Shown: positions 31,044-41,000, counted from the first letter of the stretch. The stretch is DNA of 64,000 nt from an uncultured Gemmatimonadales bacterium (GCA_963701155.1 OY969570.1:4728333-4792332); one strand, 5' to 3'. Numbers and translations are program-made. The notes: generated by a model from the letters alone, not told the origin.

Positions 31044-33470
31044 ATGCGCACACCACGCCTTCCCGCACGATCGCTCCCGGCCATCCACGACGCCCAGGCG
31101 GCGGGCCTCGTTCTCCGCTCCTCGCTCACGCCCGCCGAGGAGAAACAGGAGGGCATCCCCTTCTCCCAATACCTGGCCGCGGTGCGCCGGTACCTGTGGC
31201 TGGTCGCCGTGTGCGTGGCGTTGTCGCTAAGCTATGCGGTGTACAAGCTCGCCAGGGTGCTCCCCGTCTACGTGGCGAGCACCTCCGTGCGGCTGGTGGA
31301 CACGCGGGTGGGGATGTCCGGCGATCTGGAGCAGACGGGGGGCACCTCGGACCAGCTCCCCGGCTTCTACATGGATCCCATCCTGTCGCAGATCCAGGTG
31401 CTGCGCAGCCGCGCCGTGCTGGGGCAGGTGGTGGACTCGCTGGGGCTGCGCCTGTCGCCCACCAATCCCACGTTCTCCTGGCGCGTGCTGGAGCGCGCGC
31501 GCGTCAACTCGGCCGCGCGCGACGGCGACACGGTGGAGGTCCGCTTCGCGGAGGGCGGCGTCACGGCACGTATGCGGCGGGTGACCGCGCGCGCCGCGTA
31601 CGGAGCGCCGCTTCAGCTTCCGGGAGTGGAGATGGTGTTCTCCGGGCGCCCGGCGTCCGCCTCCGAGTCTTTCGTGGTCATGCCGCAGATGGACGTCATC
31701 GGCACCGTGGGCGGCGGGCTCCAGGTGCGCCCGCGCGAGATGACGAACATCGTGGACATCGCCTACCTGACGCACGACCCCATGCTGGCGCAGCGGGTGG
31801 CGAACGCCGCGGCCGCTTCGTTCCAGGAGTTCAGCACCGAGGCCGCGCGGCAGAGCTCGCGCCGGCGCCGCGTCTTCATCCAGGAGCAGCTTCGCAGCAC
31901 GGACGAGCTGCTCGCCACGGCGCAGTTCCAGCTCAGCGCGTTCCGCAAGCGCGCGGGCTCCATGAACCCGCGCGACAAATTCCGCAGCACCGAGGAGGGG
32001 ATGGGCGCCCTCCTCCTCCGCCGCAGCGAGCTGGAGCAGGAGAAGCAACTGTACGACCAGGTGAGCGGGGCGCTGCGCGGCTCCAACTCCCCGGAGGCGC
32101 TGAACCAGGTGGCCGCGCTGGTGGCCTCGCCCCAGGCGGGAAACAACCGCGGGATGGTGGACCTGTACGACCAGTACCTGCGACTGCAGACGATGCGCGA
32201 CTCGGTGACGACGGGGCCGTGGTCGAGATCCACGAGCAACCCGGACGTACAGCGGCTGGACTCGATGATCCTCACCTCCCGCACGCGCCTGATCCAGGCG
32301 GCCGTGGGGCGTTCCACGGCGCTCGCGGCGCAGATCGGCGTCATCCAGAGCCTGGCCTCGTCGAACGTCGCCACGATGGCCGAGCTTCCCGACGCGGAGG
32401 CCGAGGAGCAGCGCCTGGCCCGGCGTGTGGCCACGCTTCAGACGCTGGCGGACGACCTGCTGCGCGAGCAGCAGAAGGCGCGCATCGACGAGGCGGTGCA
32501 GGTGGGGCAGGTGGAGATCGTGGACCCCGCCGTGGTCCCCGGGGGGCCGATCGGCAAGGGGACGGGGAAGCGCCTGGCGTTCGCGCTGGTGCTGGGGCTC
32601 GCGGTGGGAGCGGGCGGCGCGCTGTCGCTCAACCGCCTCAACGGCTCGATCCTGCGGCGCGACGAGATGGAGTCGCTGCTGAACCTTCCCGTGCTGGGGA
32701 TCACCCCGCGGGTGCAGCGCCTGGCCGGCACGGCCGGCTGGACGCGCCACCTGAACGTTTCACGGCGGGTGCGCGGAAAAGGTGCGCCCGCCGGGCCGCA
32801 GTCGCTCGCCTCAGACGTGCAGTCGCCCGCCGCGCAGGCGTACTGGAAGCTGCGCACGCACCTCCTCTTCGCCGCCTCGGACCAGCCGCAACGGGTGCTC
32901 ATGGTGACGAGCGCCGAAGCGGCGGAGGGAAAGAGCACGGTGGCGGCCAACCTGGCGCTCAATTTCGCGCAGCAGGGGGTGCGGGTCCTTCTGGTGGATG
33001 GCGACGCCCGGCGTGCCCGCCAGCACCGCATCTTCGGCGTGGAGCGCTCGCCCGGCGTGTCCGAGGTGCTGGCGGGCCTCGCTTCCTTCGATGACGCGGT
33101 GCGGTCCACCACCGTCCCGGAGCTCTCCGTGCTCCCGGCCGGCCTGCTCGTACCCAACATCACGGACCTGCTGGAGCGGGAGATGGCCGCGCGGGTCCTG
33201 GGTGAGGCGGTGCGCCGGTTCGAGCTCGTGATCGTGGACACCCCCCCGGTGGCCGCGGCCGCCGATGCCGAGATCCTGAGCGCACATGCGGACGCGGTGC
33301 TCCTGGTGGTGCGCGCGGGGCAGACGGACCGGCGCGCCGCCCAGCACGCGGTGCAGCAACTGCGCGCCGTGGGCGCACCCCTCATCGGCGGCGTGCTCAA
33401 CGACCCGGACGAGAAGACCGAAGGCTACTCGTCCTACAAGTACTACGCCGGCTACCGGGACGAGGACTGA
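31044..33470 (+). CDS. wzc: Polysaccharide co-polymerase / BY-kinase
   Basis: Two TM segments flanking a coiled-coil periplasmic region, AEGKST Walker A, VLLVDGD, VIVDTPP, C-terminal Tyr cluster GYSSYKYYAGY. Confidence 0.92.
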   Translation: MRTPRLPARSLPAIHDAQAAGLVLRSSLTPAEEKQEGIPFSQYLAAVRRYLWLVAVCVALSLSYAVYKLARVLPVYVASTSVRLVDTRVGMSGDLEQTGGTSDQLPGFYMDPILSQIQVLRSRAVLGQVVDSLGLRLSPTNPTFSWRVLERARVNSAARDGDTVEVRFAEGGVTARMRRVTARAAYGAPLQLPGVEMVFSGRPASASESFVVMPQMDVIGTVGGGLQVRPREMTNIVDIAYLTHDPMLAQRVANAAAASFQEFSTEAARQSSRRRRVFIQEQLRSTDELLATAQFQLSAFRKRAGSMNPRDKFRSTEEGMGALLLRRSELEQEKQLYDQVSGALRGSNSPEALNQVAALVASPQAGNNRGMVDLYDQYLRLQTMRDSVTTGPWSRSTSNPDVQRLDSMILTSRTRLIQAAVGRSTALAAQIGVIQSLASSNVATMAELPDAEAEEQRLARRVATLQTLADDLLREQQKARIDEAVQVGQVEIVDPAVVPGGPIGKGTGKRLAFALVLGLAVGAGGALSLNRLNGSILRRDEMESLLNLPVLGITPRVQRLAGTAGWTRHLNVSRRVRGKGAPAGPQSLASDVQSPAAQAYWKLRTHLLFAASDQPQRVLMVTSAEAAEGKSTVAANLALNFAQQGVRVLLVDGDARRARQHRIFGVERSPGVSEVLAGLASFDDAVRSTTVPELSVLPAGLLVPNITDLLEREMAARVLGEAVRRFELVIVDTPPVAAAADAEILSAHADAVLLVVRAGQTDRRAAQHAVQQLRAVGAPLIGGVLNDPDEKTEGYSSYKYYAGYRDED

Positions 33471-33557
33471 TCTCACACAGAGGCACAGAGCCACAGAGAG
33501 GAGGAAGGAAGATGAGCTCCTTCTTTTCTCTCTGTGGCTCTGTGCCTCTGTGTGAGA
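33471..33557. repeat. REP-like CACAGAG palindrome (copy 2), likely bidirectional terminator
   Basis: Perfect 30-bp arms TCTCACACAGAGGCACAGAGCCACAGAGAG between convergent wzc and ABC genes. Confidence 0.88.
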
Positions 33558-33571
33558 TTGCCTGTGTAGAC

Positions 33572-35377
33572 TCAGCCCGCTTCGCTCTCCTGGGCGCGCC
33601 ACATATCCTGGAAGCGGCCGGGGGTGGACACCAGCTCGCTCCACGTGCCGCTCTGTACCACGCGTCCTTCTTCCATCACGTGCACCGTGTCCGCATCGCG
33701 CACGCTGGCGAGGCGGTGGGTGATGAGGAGCACCGTGATGGTGCCATGCAGCGAGCGAAGCGCGTCGCGGATCCGGCGCTCGTTCTCCGCGTCCAGGGCG
33801 CTCGTGGCCTCGTCCAGCACCAGGAGGGCGGGGCGGCGGAGGAGGGCGCGGGCCAGCGCGATTCGCTGCCGCTCGCCACCGGAGAGGCTCACCCCGCGCT
33901 CTCCCACCCTCGTGTCCATCCCGTCGGGGAGCGCGTCCACGAAGCCGGCCGCCGCCGCCGACCGCAGGGCGGCGCGCAGCTCCTCCTCCGCCGCTTCTGG
34001 GCGTGCCCACAGGAGGTTGGCGCGCACCGTGTCGTCAAAGATCACCGCGTCCTGCCCCACGTAGCCGATCGCGCCCCGCCACACCCGCATCCACGTGCCG
34101 TCCAGCGTGCGTCCATCCACCACCACCCGCCCTCTGGACGAGGACACCAGCCCCGTCGCGATGTCCGCCAGCGTGGTCTTCCCCGACCCGGAGGGCCCAA
34201 CGACCGCCACGGTGGCGTGCGCGGGTACCCGCAGCGTCACCCCCCGCACGGCGTCGCCGCGCGCCCCGGGATAGGCGAACGACACCCCTTCCAGCACCAG
34301 CGCGTCCCGCAGAGAGGCGGGCTCCCCGGCGGGCCCGAGTATCTCCACGTCGCGCTCCAGCTCCGCGATGGTCCGGAGGAGGGGGGCGTACGCGGAGAGG
34401 TCGTGCAGGACCTGCTGATGCACCGCCTGCACCGACTGGAGCCGGGGGACCAGCCGCGCGAACAGGAAGACGAGGAGCAGGGCCACCGAGCCGGGGAGAC
34501 CCACCCACCTCACGGCGGCGAACGTGACGCCCCCCAGGAGCGCCGCGCCCCCGGCCGAGAACACGGCGCCGGAGGTTGCGAACGCGCGCGCTCCGTGCAG
34601 AGTGGCGTCGCGGGCGTCGCGGGCGGCGGCGGCGAGCCGCGCCACGTCGCGCGCTTCGCCACCATGGCTCTTCACCACCTTGACCCCATGCAGGTGCTCG
34701 CCGGCCGCGGCCAGCATGCGGGCTTGAGCCGTGGAAAGGAGTGCGCCGGCCCGGCGAGTGGCGCGTGCCTGCGGGCGGGTGGCGGCAAGGAGGAGGGCGC
34801 CGCACGCCACGGTCACGGCCGCGCCCCCGGGAGACAGGCGCAGCGCCAGCCCCAGGTACACCACCGCCACCAGCGCCTGGGACACCAGCGTGAGGAGCGC
34901 CGCCGCGGCCCTTCCCACTCTCTCCGACTCGTGCGTGAGCGCCTGCAGTACATCGGAGGAGCGGAGCCGCGCCACCGAGGTCCAGCGCGCGCCCGCGAGG
35001 GCGCGGTACAGGCGCAGGCGCAGCGCCAGCGCCACCTCCTGCTCCACGCGCCACCCCAGCAGTGCAAGCCCGCGCAGGGCCAGCGCCTGGGCCGCGGCCA
35101 GCGCCACGTACAGGGCGAGAGCGCTCCCCAGCTCCGGTGAAGCGCCCACCAGTACCCGCGCCGCCGCGGCCATGCGGGCCGACTCGGCGGGTGGCAGAGG
35201 AACCCCCAGCGCCACCGTGACCGCCACCAGCGCCCCCACCGCCATCACCTCCAGCCCCGCCACGGCCATCGCCAGCACGACTCCCGCCACTGCCGCCGTC
35301 CGCGCGCGCCACGCCTCCCGCGCCAGCGCGCGCACGCCGGCCGGAGCGGAGGGTTCGGGGGTGCCAGGTGGGATCAT
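33572..35377 (-). CDS. ABC exporter, fused permease-ATPase (lasso D-type)
   Basis: N-terminal TM domain; GPSGSGKT, LSGGERQR, LVLDEATS, ITHRL. No C39 peptidase domain visible. Confidence 0.9.
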   Translation of the reverse strand: MIPPGTPEPSAPAGVRALAREAWRARTAAVAGVVLAMAVAGLEVMAVGALVAVTVALGVPLPPAESARMAAAARVLVGASPELGSALALYVALAAAQALALRGLALLGWRVEQEVALALRLRLYRALAGARWTSVARLRSSDVLQALTHESERVGRAAAALLTLVSQALVAVVYLGLALRLSPGGAAVTVACGALLLAATRPQARATRRAGALLSTAQARMLAAAGEHLHGVKVVKSHGGEARDVARLAAAARDARDATLHGARAFATSGAVFSAGGAALLGGVTFAAVRWVGLPGSVALLLVFLFARLVPRLQSVQAVHQQVLHDLSAYAPLLRTIAELERDVEILGPAGEPASLRDALVLEGVSFAYPGARGDAVRGVTLRVPAHATVAVVGPSGSGKTTLADIATGLVSSSRGRVVVDGRTLDGTWMRVWRGAIGYVGQDAVIFDDTVRANLLWARPEAAEEELRAALRSAAAAGFVDALPDGMDTRVGERGVSLSGGERQRIALARALLRRPALLVLDEATSALDAENERRIRDALRSLHGTITVLLITHRLASVRDADTVHVMEEGRVVQSGTWSELVSTPGRFQDMWRAQESEAG

Positions 35378-35453
35378 ACCGCTGTCTCGCACGAAGGCAG
35401 GAAGACACAAGGGAAAGCGGCCTCTCCCCGGGGTCGCTTCGTGGGAGCCCCCA

Positions 35454-36605
35454 TCAGCGGGGCCGGCGCGGAAGGTAGCGCATCAGAAGGCGCAGCGGAC
35501 GCACGACGCGGTACGCCGCGAGGAGCCGGTCCGGGAGGGAGAGCCAGGCCCAGTCCTCGGGACCGGGGATCGTGGCCCACCGCCATGCGTAGCGAAGCTG
35601 GTCGGCGCGGGAGTCGCGCGCCGCAAGGTTGAAGCGCAGGTTGGCCGCCGTTTCCTCCTCCGGCTCCGGACCACGGATACGCGCTTCGGCCTCGTCGCAC
35701 AGCGCATCCAGCCCGGGCTCGCGCCCCACCGCGGCGGCGAGCGCGGGCGGGAGCGGGAGGGCCAGAAGGCGTCGCGCGAGGGCAAGGCCCAGCAGAACGG
35801 TGCGTCGCGCTCCCAACGCGGCGGCATGCTCCAGGCACCGGGCGGGATGGGCACCGCCAGACCGGGCGAGCTCGGCTACCGCCACCAGCCACTCCAGCCG
35901 CTTCCAGCGGTGCTTGGCGCCGTGGATGCACAACACCAGGAGGAGGTCGTCGGGCCCGGGCGCGCGCACCTCCGCGCCGCCCACGCGTACCCCCACGGCG
36001 CTTCCGAGCAGCGCCTCCGTTTCCACGGGCATGGCGAAGCGCAGCGACGAGACGCGCGCGTGCAGCTCCACCAGCACGCCGGTGGTGCGGTGCAGGTATG
36101 CCCGGTCCCCATCTACCCGGTTGAAGAGCGCCTCGCGCCCGGGGGTCAGCTTCAGGTGCGGATCGTATCCGCACTCCCGCAGCACCCGGCCCGCGGCGGG
36201 CATGTCCGCGGGGAGTACCAGGAGGTCCAGGTCTGCGAAGTAGCGCAGCGCGAGGTCGCCGTAGACCTGCACTGCCTGCGCGGGCCCTTTGTAGGCGAGC
36301 GACCGGATTCCCCGGGCCTCCAGCGCCTCCGCCAGCCGCCGAAGCTCGCGCGACAGCCGCAGCGCCCGGTGGACGTTGTGGCGGTGGGCCTCCGCCAGCT
36401 CCGCCTCCAGCCCTCCAGGCAGCGCCACGCCCGCCAGGTGGCGGTGCAGGAAGCCGATCAGCCCATGGCGCCGCGCCAGCGCCAGCAGCGCTTCTCCGTC
36501 CAGCGGCCCGGCCGCCACCACACGCAGCCGGCTGGCCTCGCCGGGCGTAAGGGTGAGGCGGGCGCAGAGGAAAAGGACCTCCTCCTCCGGCGTACGCGAG
36601 ATCAT
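35454..36605 (-). CDS. Nucleotidyltransferase family protein (NTP_transf_5-like)
   Basis: AYKGPA...RYFADLDLLV, VELH, LCIHGAKH signature of the uncharacterised NTase found in lasso clusters. Confidence 0.85.
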   Translation of the reverse strand: MISRTPEEEVLFLCARLTLTPGEASRLRVVAAGPLDGEALLALARRHGLIGFLHRHLAGVALPGGLEAELAEAHRHNVHRALRLSRELRRLAEALEARGIRSLAYKGPAQAVQVYGDLALRYFADLDLLVLPADMPAAGRVLRECGYDPHLKLTPGREALFNRVDGDRAYLHRTTGVLVELHARVSSLRFAMPVETEALLGSAVGVRVGGAEVRAPGPDDLLLVLCIHGAKHRWKRLEWLVAVAELARSGGAHPARCLEHAAALGARRTVLLGLALARRLLALPLPPALAAAVGREPGLDALCDEAEARIRGPEPEEETAANLRFNLAARDSRADQLRYAWRWATIPGPEDWAWLSLPDRLLAAYRVVRPLRLLMRYLPRRPR

Positions 36606-36749
36606 CCGGGCTCCCCGGGACCCCATGGGCACGTGGGGGCGCGGCTCGACGCGCCCGCCGCCTGGGCACGGACGGGTCCCGGCGTTCCGGCACGATGGCC
36701 GGCTCGCGCGCGAGCCGGCCGGGATGAATCCTGTCTCACGAATCCGAGG

Positions 36750-37895
36750 TCACCGGGCCAGCCGCTCCGCGAGCTGGCCGGCACGCGTGAGCGCCGCCTC
36801 CCGGGTGGGAAACAGGTGCGGACAGGCAGCCCACAGCGCCGCGGCGATGTCGGCCAGCGTCGCCGTGCCGTCCATCATCGAGAGCGCGGCCGCCTCCGCG
36901 CGCCCTTCGTCGCTCAGGGAGGGGCGGAAGCCGTCGTCGCGCAGGCGGAGGCGCGCGGGCGAGGGCGGGGCCGCGAAGAACGTGGAATGGCGCATCTCCG
37001 CCGGCTCGCGGCCGGGGCGCTCCACCCGCGCACTCCACCCCCACACGTAGTCGCCTCCCGCCCTCCGGGCGGAAAGCTCCGCGCGCACCGTGTCTCCCGG
37101 CTCCACCTCCACGGCCTCGGCCCAGGGAAGGAAGGAAGTGCGATAGGTGGTGCGCGTTCCCGGGCCCGTGTGGAACGAGACGCCGTCCGCCAGCTCCGCG
37201 TGGAACCACACCGCCAGGCCGTGCATCCGGCCGGCGCGCTCCACCGTCCACTCGGGGGTGCCCGCCGCATGTGCGTCGGTGCGGGCCAGATAGTCCAGCG
37301 TGGCCCAGCGCGCCGCGGGAGCCAACTGCTGACCCGGGTCCAGCTCCACGCGCCGCACCGTGTGCACCGCCCGCCGGCGCGCGGCGTCCATGTCGAACCC
37401 CAGTGCGCACTCGTCCCACGGGGCGACGACTTCCGCCCAGGCCGCGGCGGCGTCCACCGGCGCCGCCACCAGGTGGTCGGCGCGCGGGATCATCACGCCG
37501 CCGGGCGCCAGGTGGCGCTCCCGCGCGTCGGCCAGGGAATCGATGATCCCCTGGAAGAGCGGGAGGGAGCCGCGGAGGTCGGACACGATCACGTCCGCGC
37601 GCTCGGGCAGGGTAGCGCGGGTGGACAACGCCTGGATGAACTCGATGCGGTCCGCCACGCCGTTGGCCCGCGCGATCTCCCGCGCCACCTGCACCGCTTC
37701 CGCCGGCTCCAGGGCGAACACGCGCCGCGCGCCGAAGCGGCAGGCGAGCATCGCCATCACCCCCGTTCCCGTGCCGATGTCCAGCACGACGGAGCCGGGA
37801 CGCACGGTCGCCTCCATCGCGCGGGCGTAGGCGTCCATGCGCGCGCGGTCGGCCAGCATCCGGCCGTACCCCACCACGTCGTAGCCGCTCGTCAT
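36750..37895 (-). CDS. PRMT-fold SAM methyltransferase
   Basis: MLADRARMDAY, VLDIGTGTG, LPERADVIVSD, GGVMIP, HGLAVWF: matches the protein-arginine-methyltransferase core plus beta-barrel. ATGA overlap with the kinase. Confidence 0.82.
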   Translation of the reverse strand: MTSGYDVVGYGRMLADRARMDAYARAMEATVRPGSVVLDIGTGTGVMAMLACRFGARRVFALEPAEAVQVAREIARANGVADRIEFIQALSTRATLPERADVIVSDLRGSLPLFQGIIDSLADARERHLAPGGVMIPRADHLVAAPVDAAAAWAEVVAPWDECALGFDMDAARRRAVHTVRRVELDPGQQLAPAARWATLDYLARTDAHAAGTPEWTVERAGRMHGLAVWFHAELADGVSFHTGPGTRTTYRTSFLPWAEAVEVEPGDTVRAELSARRAGGDYVWGWSARVERPGREPAEMRHSTFFAAPPSPARLRLRDDGFRPSLSDEGRAEAAALSMMDGTATLADIAAALWAACPHLFPTREAALTRAGQLAERLAR

Positions 37896-38830
37896 CCGTC
37901 CCGCATCGCGCCGGCCTCGATGCACGCGCACAGCTCGCCGATGCGCGCCGGGTCTTTGTGCGGCACCAGGCGCACCACGCGGGCGCGCGCGGCCACCGCG
38001 CCCAGGCGCACCAGGTCCCGCCCGCGCGCCGCGGCGTCTGGAAGCCACGCCATGTACACGTTGGCCAGCAGGTTCAGCACCGCCTCCGCCGCGGGAAGCG
38101 GCTCCACCCGGGGCGCCCCGTCCTCCTCGCGCCCGGCCAGCACGTAGACGGTGCGCAGCGGAAGCGGTGTGCCATGGAAGGCTTCCATGCGCCGGTAGCG
38201 CTTGTCCCACCCGGCGCTGAGGCGTGGAAGGCCGGCGTCGCCGTACAGGGCGCGCCCCGCCTCCGGCCAGAGCCGCACGACCGGGTATCCCGGCTGCACC
38301 TGCACGGCGTCCGCGGTTTCGATGAGGGGGGAGATGTCGTCGGAGAGAAGGGTGTGGCCGCGCGCCGCGAGTGCCGCGGCGGTGGTGGACTTTCCCGCCC
38401 CGCCCGGGCCACAGACGAGCACCGCGGCGCCCCCCACCTTCACGGCGCTGGCGTGCAGGCAGGTGGCGCCGCGCAGGCGCAGAATGAGCCCCATGACGGG
38501 GCCCGTCAGGTAGGTGGCGGCGTCGTCAAGCGACAGCCCCGCGGGCCAGGTGCACCCCACCCGCGCCCCGTCGGCGCGCACCGTGAACGCCACCCCGTCC
38601 GCGTACTCCAGGTGCAGCCATCCCCGCGCGCGGCGGATCACCAGCGCCGGGCGGTCGCCATCGGGCTCGCGCTCGGCGCGGTACCACACCGGCCCGGGAT
38701 CCGCGGGCGCACCCTCCGGCGCTCGCCCCAAGCGCACATCCACGTCGGCGCCGCCGGAGCCCGCAAAGGGCTCCAGCGTGGGGACGGCGGCGGTGGTCTC
38801 GACGACGAGGCCGTACAGGAGGTAGCGCAA
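37892..38830 (-). CDS. HPr kinase-related peptide kinase (lasso K-type)
   Basis: CLHASAV, GPGGAGKST Walker A, LSDD; directly downstream of the precursor. Confidence 0.85.
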   Translation of the reverse strand: MRYLLYGLVVETTAAVPTLEPFAGSGGADVDVRLGRAPEGAPADPGPVWYRAEREPDGDRPALVIRRARGWLHLEYADGVAFTVRADGARVGCTWPAGLSLDDAATYLTGPVMGLILRLRGATCLHASAVKVGGAAVLVCGPGGAGKSTTAAALAARGHTLLSDDISPLIETADAVQVQPGYPVVRLWPEAGRALYGDAGLPRLSAGWDKRYRRMEAFHGTPLPLRTVYVLAGREEDGAPRVEPLPAAEAVLNLLANVYMAWLPDAAARGRDLVRLGAVAARARVVRLVPHKDPARIGELCACIEAGAMRDG

Positions 38831-38876
38831 AGGAGAGGGGTGGGGCCGCGCGCGGGCGCGTCACGCCGGGAGAGCG

Positions 38877-38935
38877 GAGCCGCGGGTGCGCTCGTTCACG
38901 CCGGCCCGGGGCGCGGCGTGCCCTGAGCGCGGCTC
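38877..38935 (-). other. Stem-loop downstream of the precursor gene
   Basis: GAGCCGCG/CGCGGCTC outer arms and CACGCCG/CGGCGTG inner arms; could stabilise or attenuate the precursor mRNA. Confidence 0.4.
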
Positions 38936-38984
38936 TTTCACGGCGGCACGACCCGCACCGCCGGCGGGGGAAACATGAACCCCG

Positions 38985-39122
38985 TCAGGTCATCGACTGG
39001 GAGCCGTTGCCCGGGTCGTTCATGTTGTTGCTCACCGTCGTAAGAGTGAGCTCGCGCATGTCGCCGTACACCTTGAGGCGCGGCTTGCTGTACGGGCGTC
39101 GCGTGGGGCTCTGCTGCTGCAT
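38985..39122 (-). CDS. Lasso peptide precursor (45 aa), not in the ORF track
   Basis: Hand translation MQQQSPTRRPYSKPRLKVYGDMRELTL-TTVSNNMNDPGNGSQSMT; GGGAG RBS; exact YxxPxLxxxGxxxxxT leader motif; Asp at core position 9. Confidence 0.9.
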   Translation of the reverse strand: MQQQSPTRRPYSKPRLKVYGDMRELTLTTVSNNMNDPGNGSQSMT

Positions 39123-39170
39123 CGTCTTCTCCCTCAAGTGTGCGTCGACGGACGCGTTCCGCCGCGCGTG

Positions 39171-40994
39171 TCACCCCGGCTCGCTTCGCAGCCAGAGCGA
39201 GAGCGCTAGGGGGCGGAGGTCCATCCAGAGCGCTCCCGGGTCCTCCTCCGAAGCGCCGCCGACGCCGCGTGAAAGGCGTGTGCGATCCACGAAGGGCTCG
39301 ATCTCGACTCCCACCGCGCGTCCCCCGATCCACCCCGTGCCGTGGGCGCTCCGGCGGGTCGCGAGCGTGTCTCCCCCGGCGGGTGTCTTGGGCCTTCGCA
39401 ACACCGGCTCCGGAAGGCGTCCCCGCATACCTATCCGTATGGGGCCTTTATCATTATACCACTGCGCGGGGGGAATCGACAACAGCAGCGACACCACCCG
39501 GGTGTCGGCGAACGGCTGGCGCACCTCCAGCGGGACGCCCGTGGCCCACGGTCCGTAGAAGCCGAACAGGTAGCTCCAGAAGGGCGCGGAGAGCTGGGCG
39601 TGCGCTTCGGGGCGGAGCGGATGCGGCGGGGCCGGCAGCGCGCCCTGGGCCCGGACGCGCTCCGCCAGCCCCACGCGCTCCGCCAGCCCCGGCGAGATCC
39701 AGGGCGGGATCGGCGGGGGGGTCCACTCCGGCTGGCCGCGCAGCCAGGTGCGCACGCCGGGGCGCGGAAGGCGGCGGTGGTGCCACGTGTATACCGCCGC
39801 CTCGCCCAGCGCGCGCGCCGGGTGCCCGCCCGCCGCCAGCCGCACCAGCCGCGAGCGGCTTTCGCGCAGCACCGCGTCGCCCCCCATTCCCATCAGGAGC
39901 ACGCGCGAGCGGCCGGCCATCTCGCGCAGCTCGTCGTCGATCAGCGCCAGCAGCGGCTCGGCCACGGGCTGCGCGCGGCGCAGGCGCGGGTCGTCCCAGC
40001 GCTCGAACGCGCGGTACCCGTCCATCGCGTGGAAAAGGATGGGGATGCCGAGCGCCTCCCCCACCATCCGGGCGAAGGGGGGCTCGGGATCGGGGTACAG
40101 CGACTCGCAGTACGCCGTCAGGGCGTGCAGGCGGGTGTTGCGCTCCCCCCGCCCCACCACCTCACGCGCCAGCGCCGCGATCGTGGGAGAATCCCGTCCG
40201 CCGCTCAGGAAGAAGGAGGCGTCGCCCTCCGGCAGCCGGTCGCGCACCGCATCGCGAAGCACCTCCACGAAACGCTCCGAGTACTCCCGAGGGCCCCGCA
40301 GGCGCAGCTCATCGTCGCGCGGGAGATCCCAGAAACGGCGCGTCACGGCACGCCCGTCCTCCAGCACCAGCAGATGAGCGGGGCGCAGGGCCCGCACCCC
40401 GCGCCAGACGGTGGCGTCCTCGTCGAACGGGTAGCCGTGCACCAGGAAGTCCGCGATCCACGCCTCATCCAGCGCCCCGGGAACGCGGGGGTGCAGGCGC
40501 ACGCACTCCGGCGCGCTCGCGAAGATGAAGTCGTCTCCCGCCCACGCGTGGAAGAAGGGCTTGAGGCCGAAGGGGGAGCGCGCGCACAGAAGGCGGCGCG
40601 CCGTTGCATCCCACAGCGCGAAGGCGTAATCCCCCACCAGCCGCTCCACGCACGCATCGCCCCAGGCGCGGTAGGCGCGAAGGATCAGCTCGGCGGAGGG
40701 GGCGCCGGGCGGAGCCGCCTCCCCGGCGCCGCGCAGGCGGCCGAGAAGCTCGGCGCGCGCGTCCACCCGCGCATCGGCCACGATCCAGTAGCGCCCGTCC
40801 AGCGAGAGCGGCTGCGGCGGCTCGGGGAAGGGGTCGCCCGTGGCCAGAAGCGCGTGCGCCAGGCCGGCCGCTCCCACCACGCGCGCCGCGCCCCCGTCCG
40901 GAGCGCGCTGGGCCAGGAACGCGGCCATACGCTCGAGCAACGCCCCGTCCGCGGGCGCTCCGGTGGACGACACCAGCCCGGCGATTCCGCTCAT
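39171..40994 (-). CDS. Lasso cyclase (asparagine synthetase-like, C protein)
   Basis: AsnB fold but begins MSGIAG (no catalytic Cys); VGDYAFALWD, LSGGRDS, GMGGD, EVRQPFAD, LPEPVLRRPK. Confidence 0.9.
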   Translation of the reverse strand: MSGIAGLVSSTGAPADGALLERMAAFLAQRAPDGGAARVVGAAGLAHALLATGDPFPEPPQPLSLDGRYWIVADARVDARAELLGRLRGAGEAAPPGAPSAELILRAYRAWGDACVERLVGDYAFALWDATARRLLCARSPFGLKPFFHAWAGDDFIFASAPECVRLHPRVPGALDEAWIADFLVHGYPFDEDATVWRGVRALRPAHLLVLEDGRAVTRRFWDLPRDDELRLRGPREYSERFVEVLRDAVRDRLPEGDASFFLSGGRDSPTIAALAREVVGRGERNTRLHALTAYCESLYPDPEPPFARMVGEALGIPILFHAMDGYRAFERWDDPRLRRAQPVAEPLLALIDDELREMAGRSRVLLMGMGGDAVLRESRSRLVRLAAGGHPARALGEAAVYTWHHRRLPRPGVRTWLRGQPEWTPPPIPPWISPGLAERVGLAERVRAQGALPAPPHPLRPEAHAQLSAPFWSYLFGFYGPWATGVPLEVRQPFADTRVVSLLLSIPPAQWYNDKGPIRIGMRGRLPEPVLRRPKTPAGGDTLATRRSAHGTGWIGGRAVGVEIEPFVDRTRLSRGVGGASEEDPGALWMDLRPLALSLWLRSEPG

Positions 40995-41000
40995 CGCCCG

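Noticed and set aside
36750-37895. Ribosomal protein L11 methyltransferase PrmA
   Set aside because: Shares only motif I; no PrmA N-terminal domain, and it has the PRMT-type beta-barrel region.
39171-40994. Ordinary asparagine synthetase or EPS amidotransferase
   Set aside because: Lacks the N-terminal catalytic Cys and is flanked by an RRE and a motif-perfect precursor.
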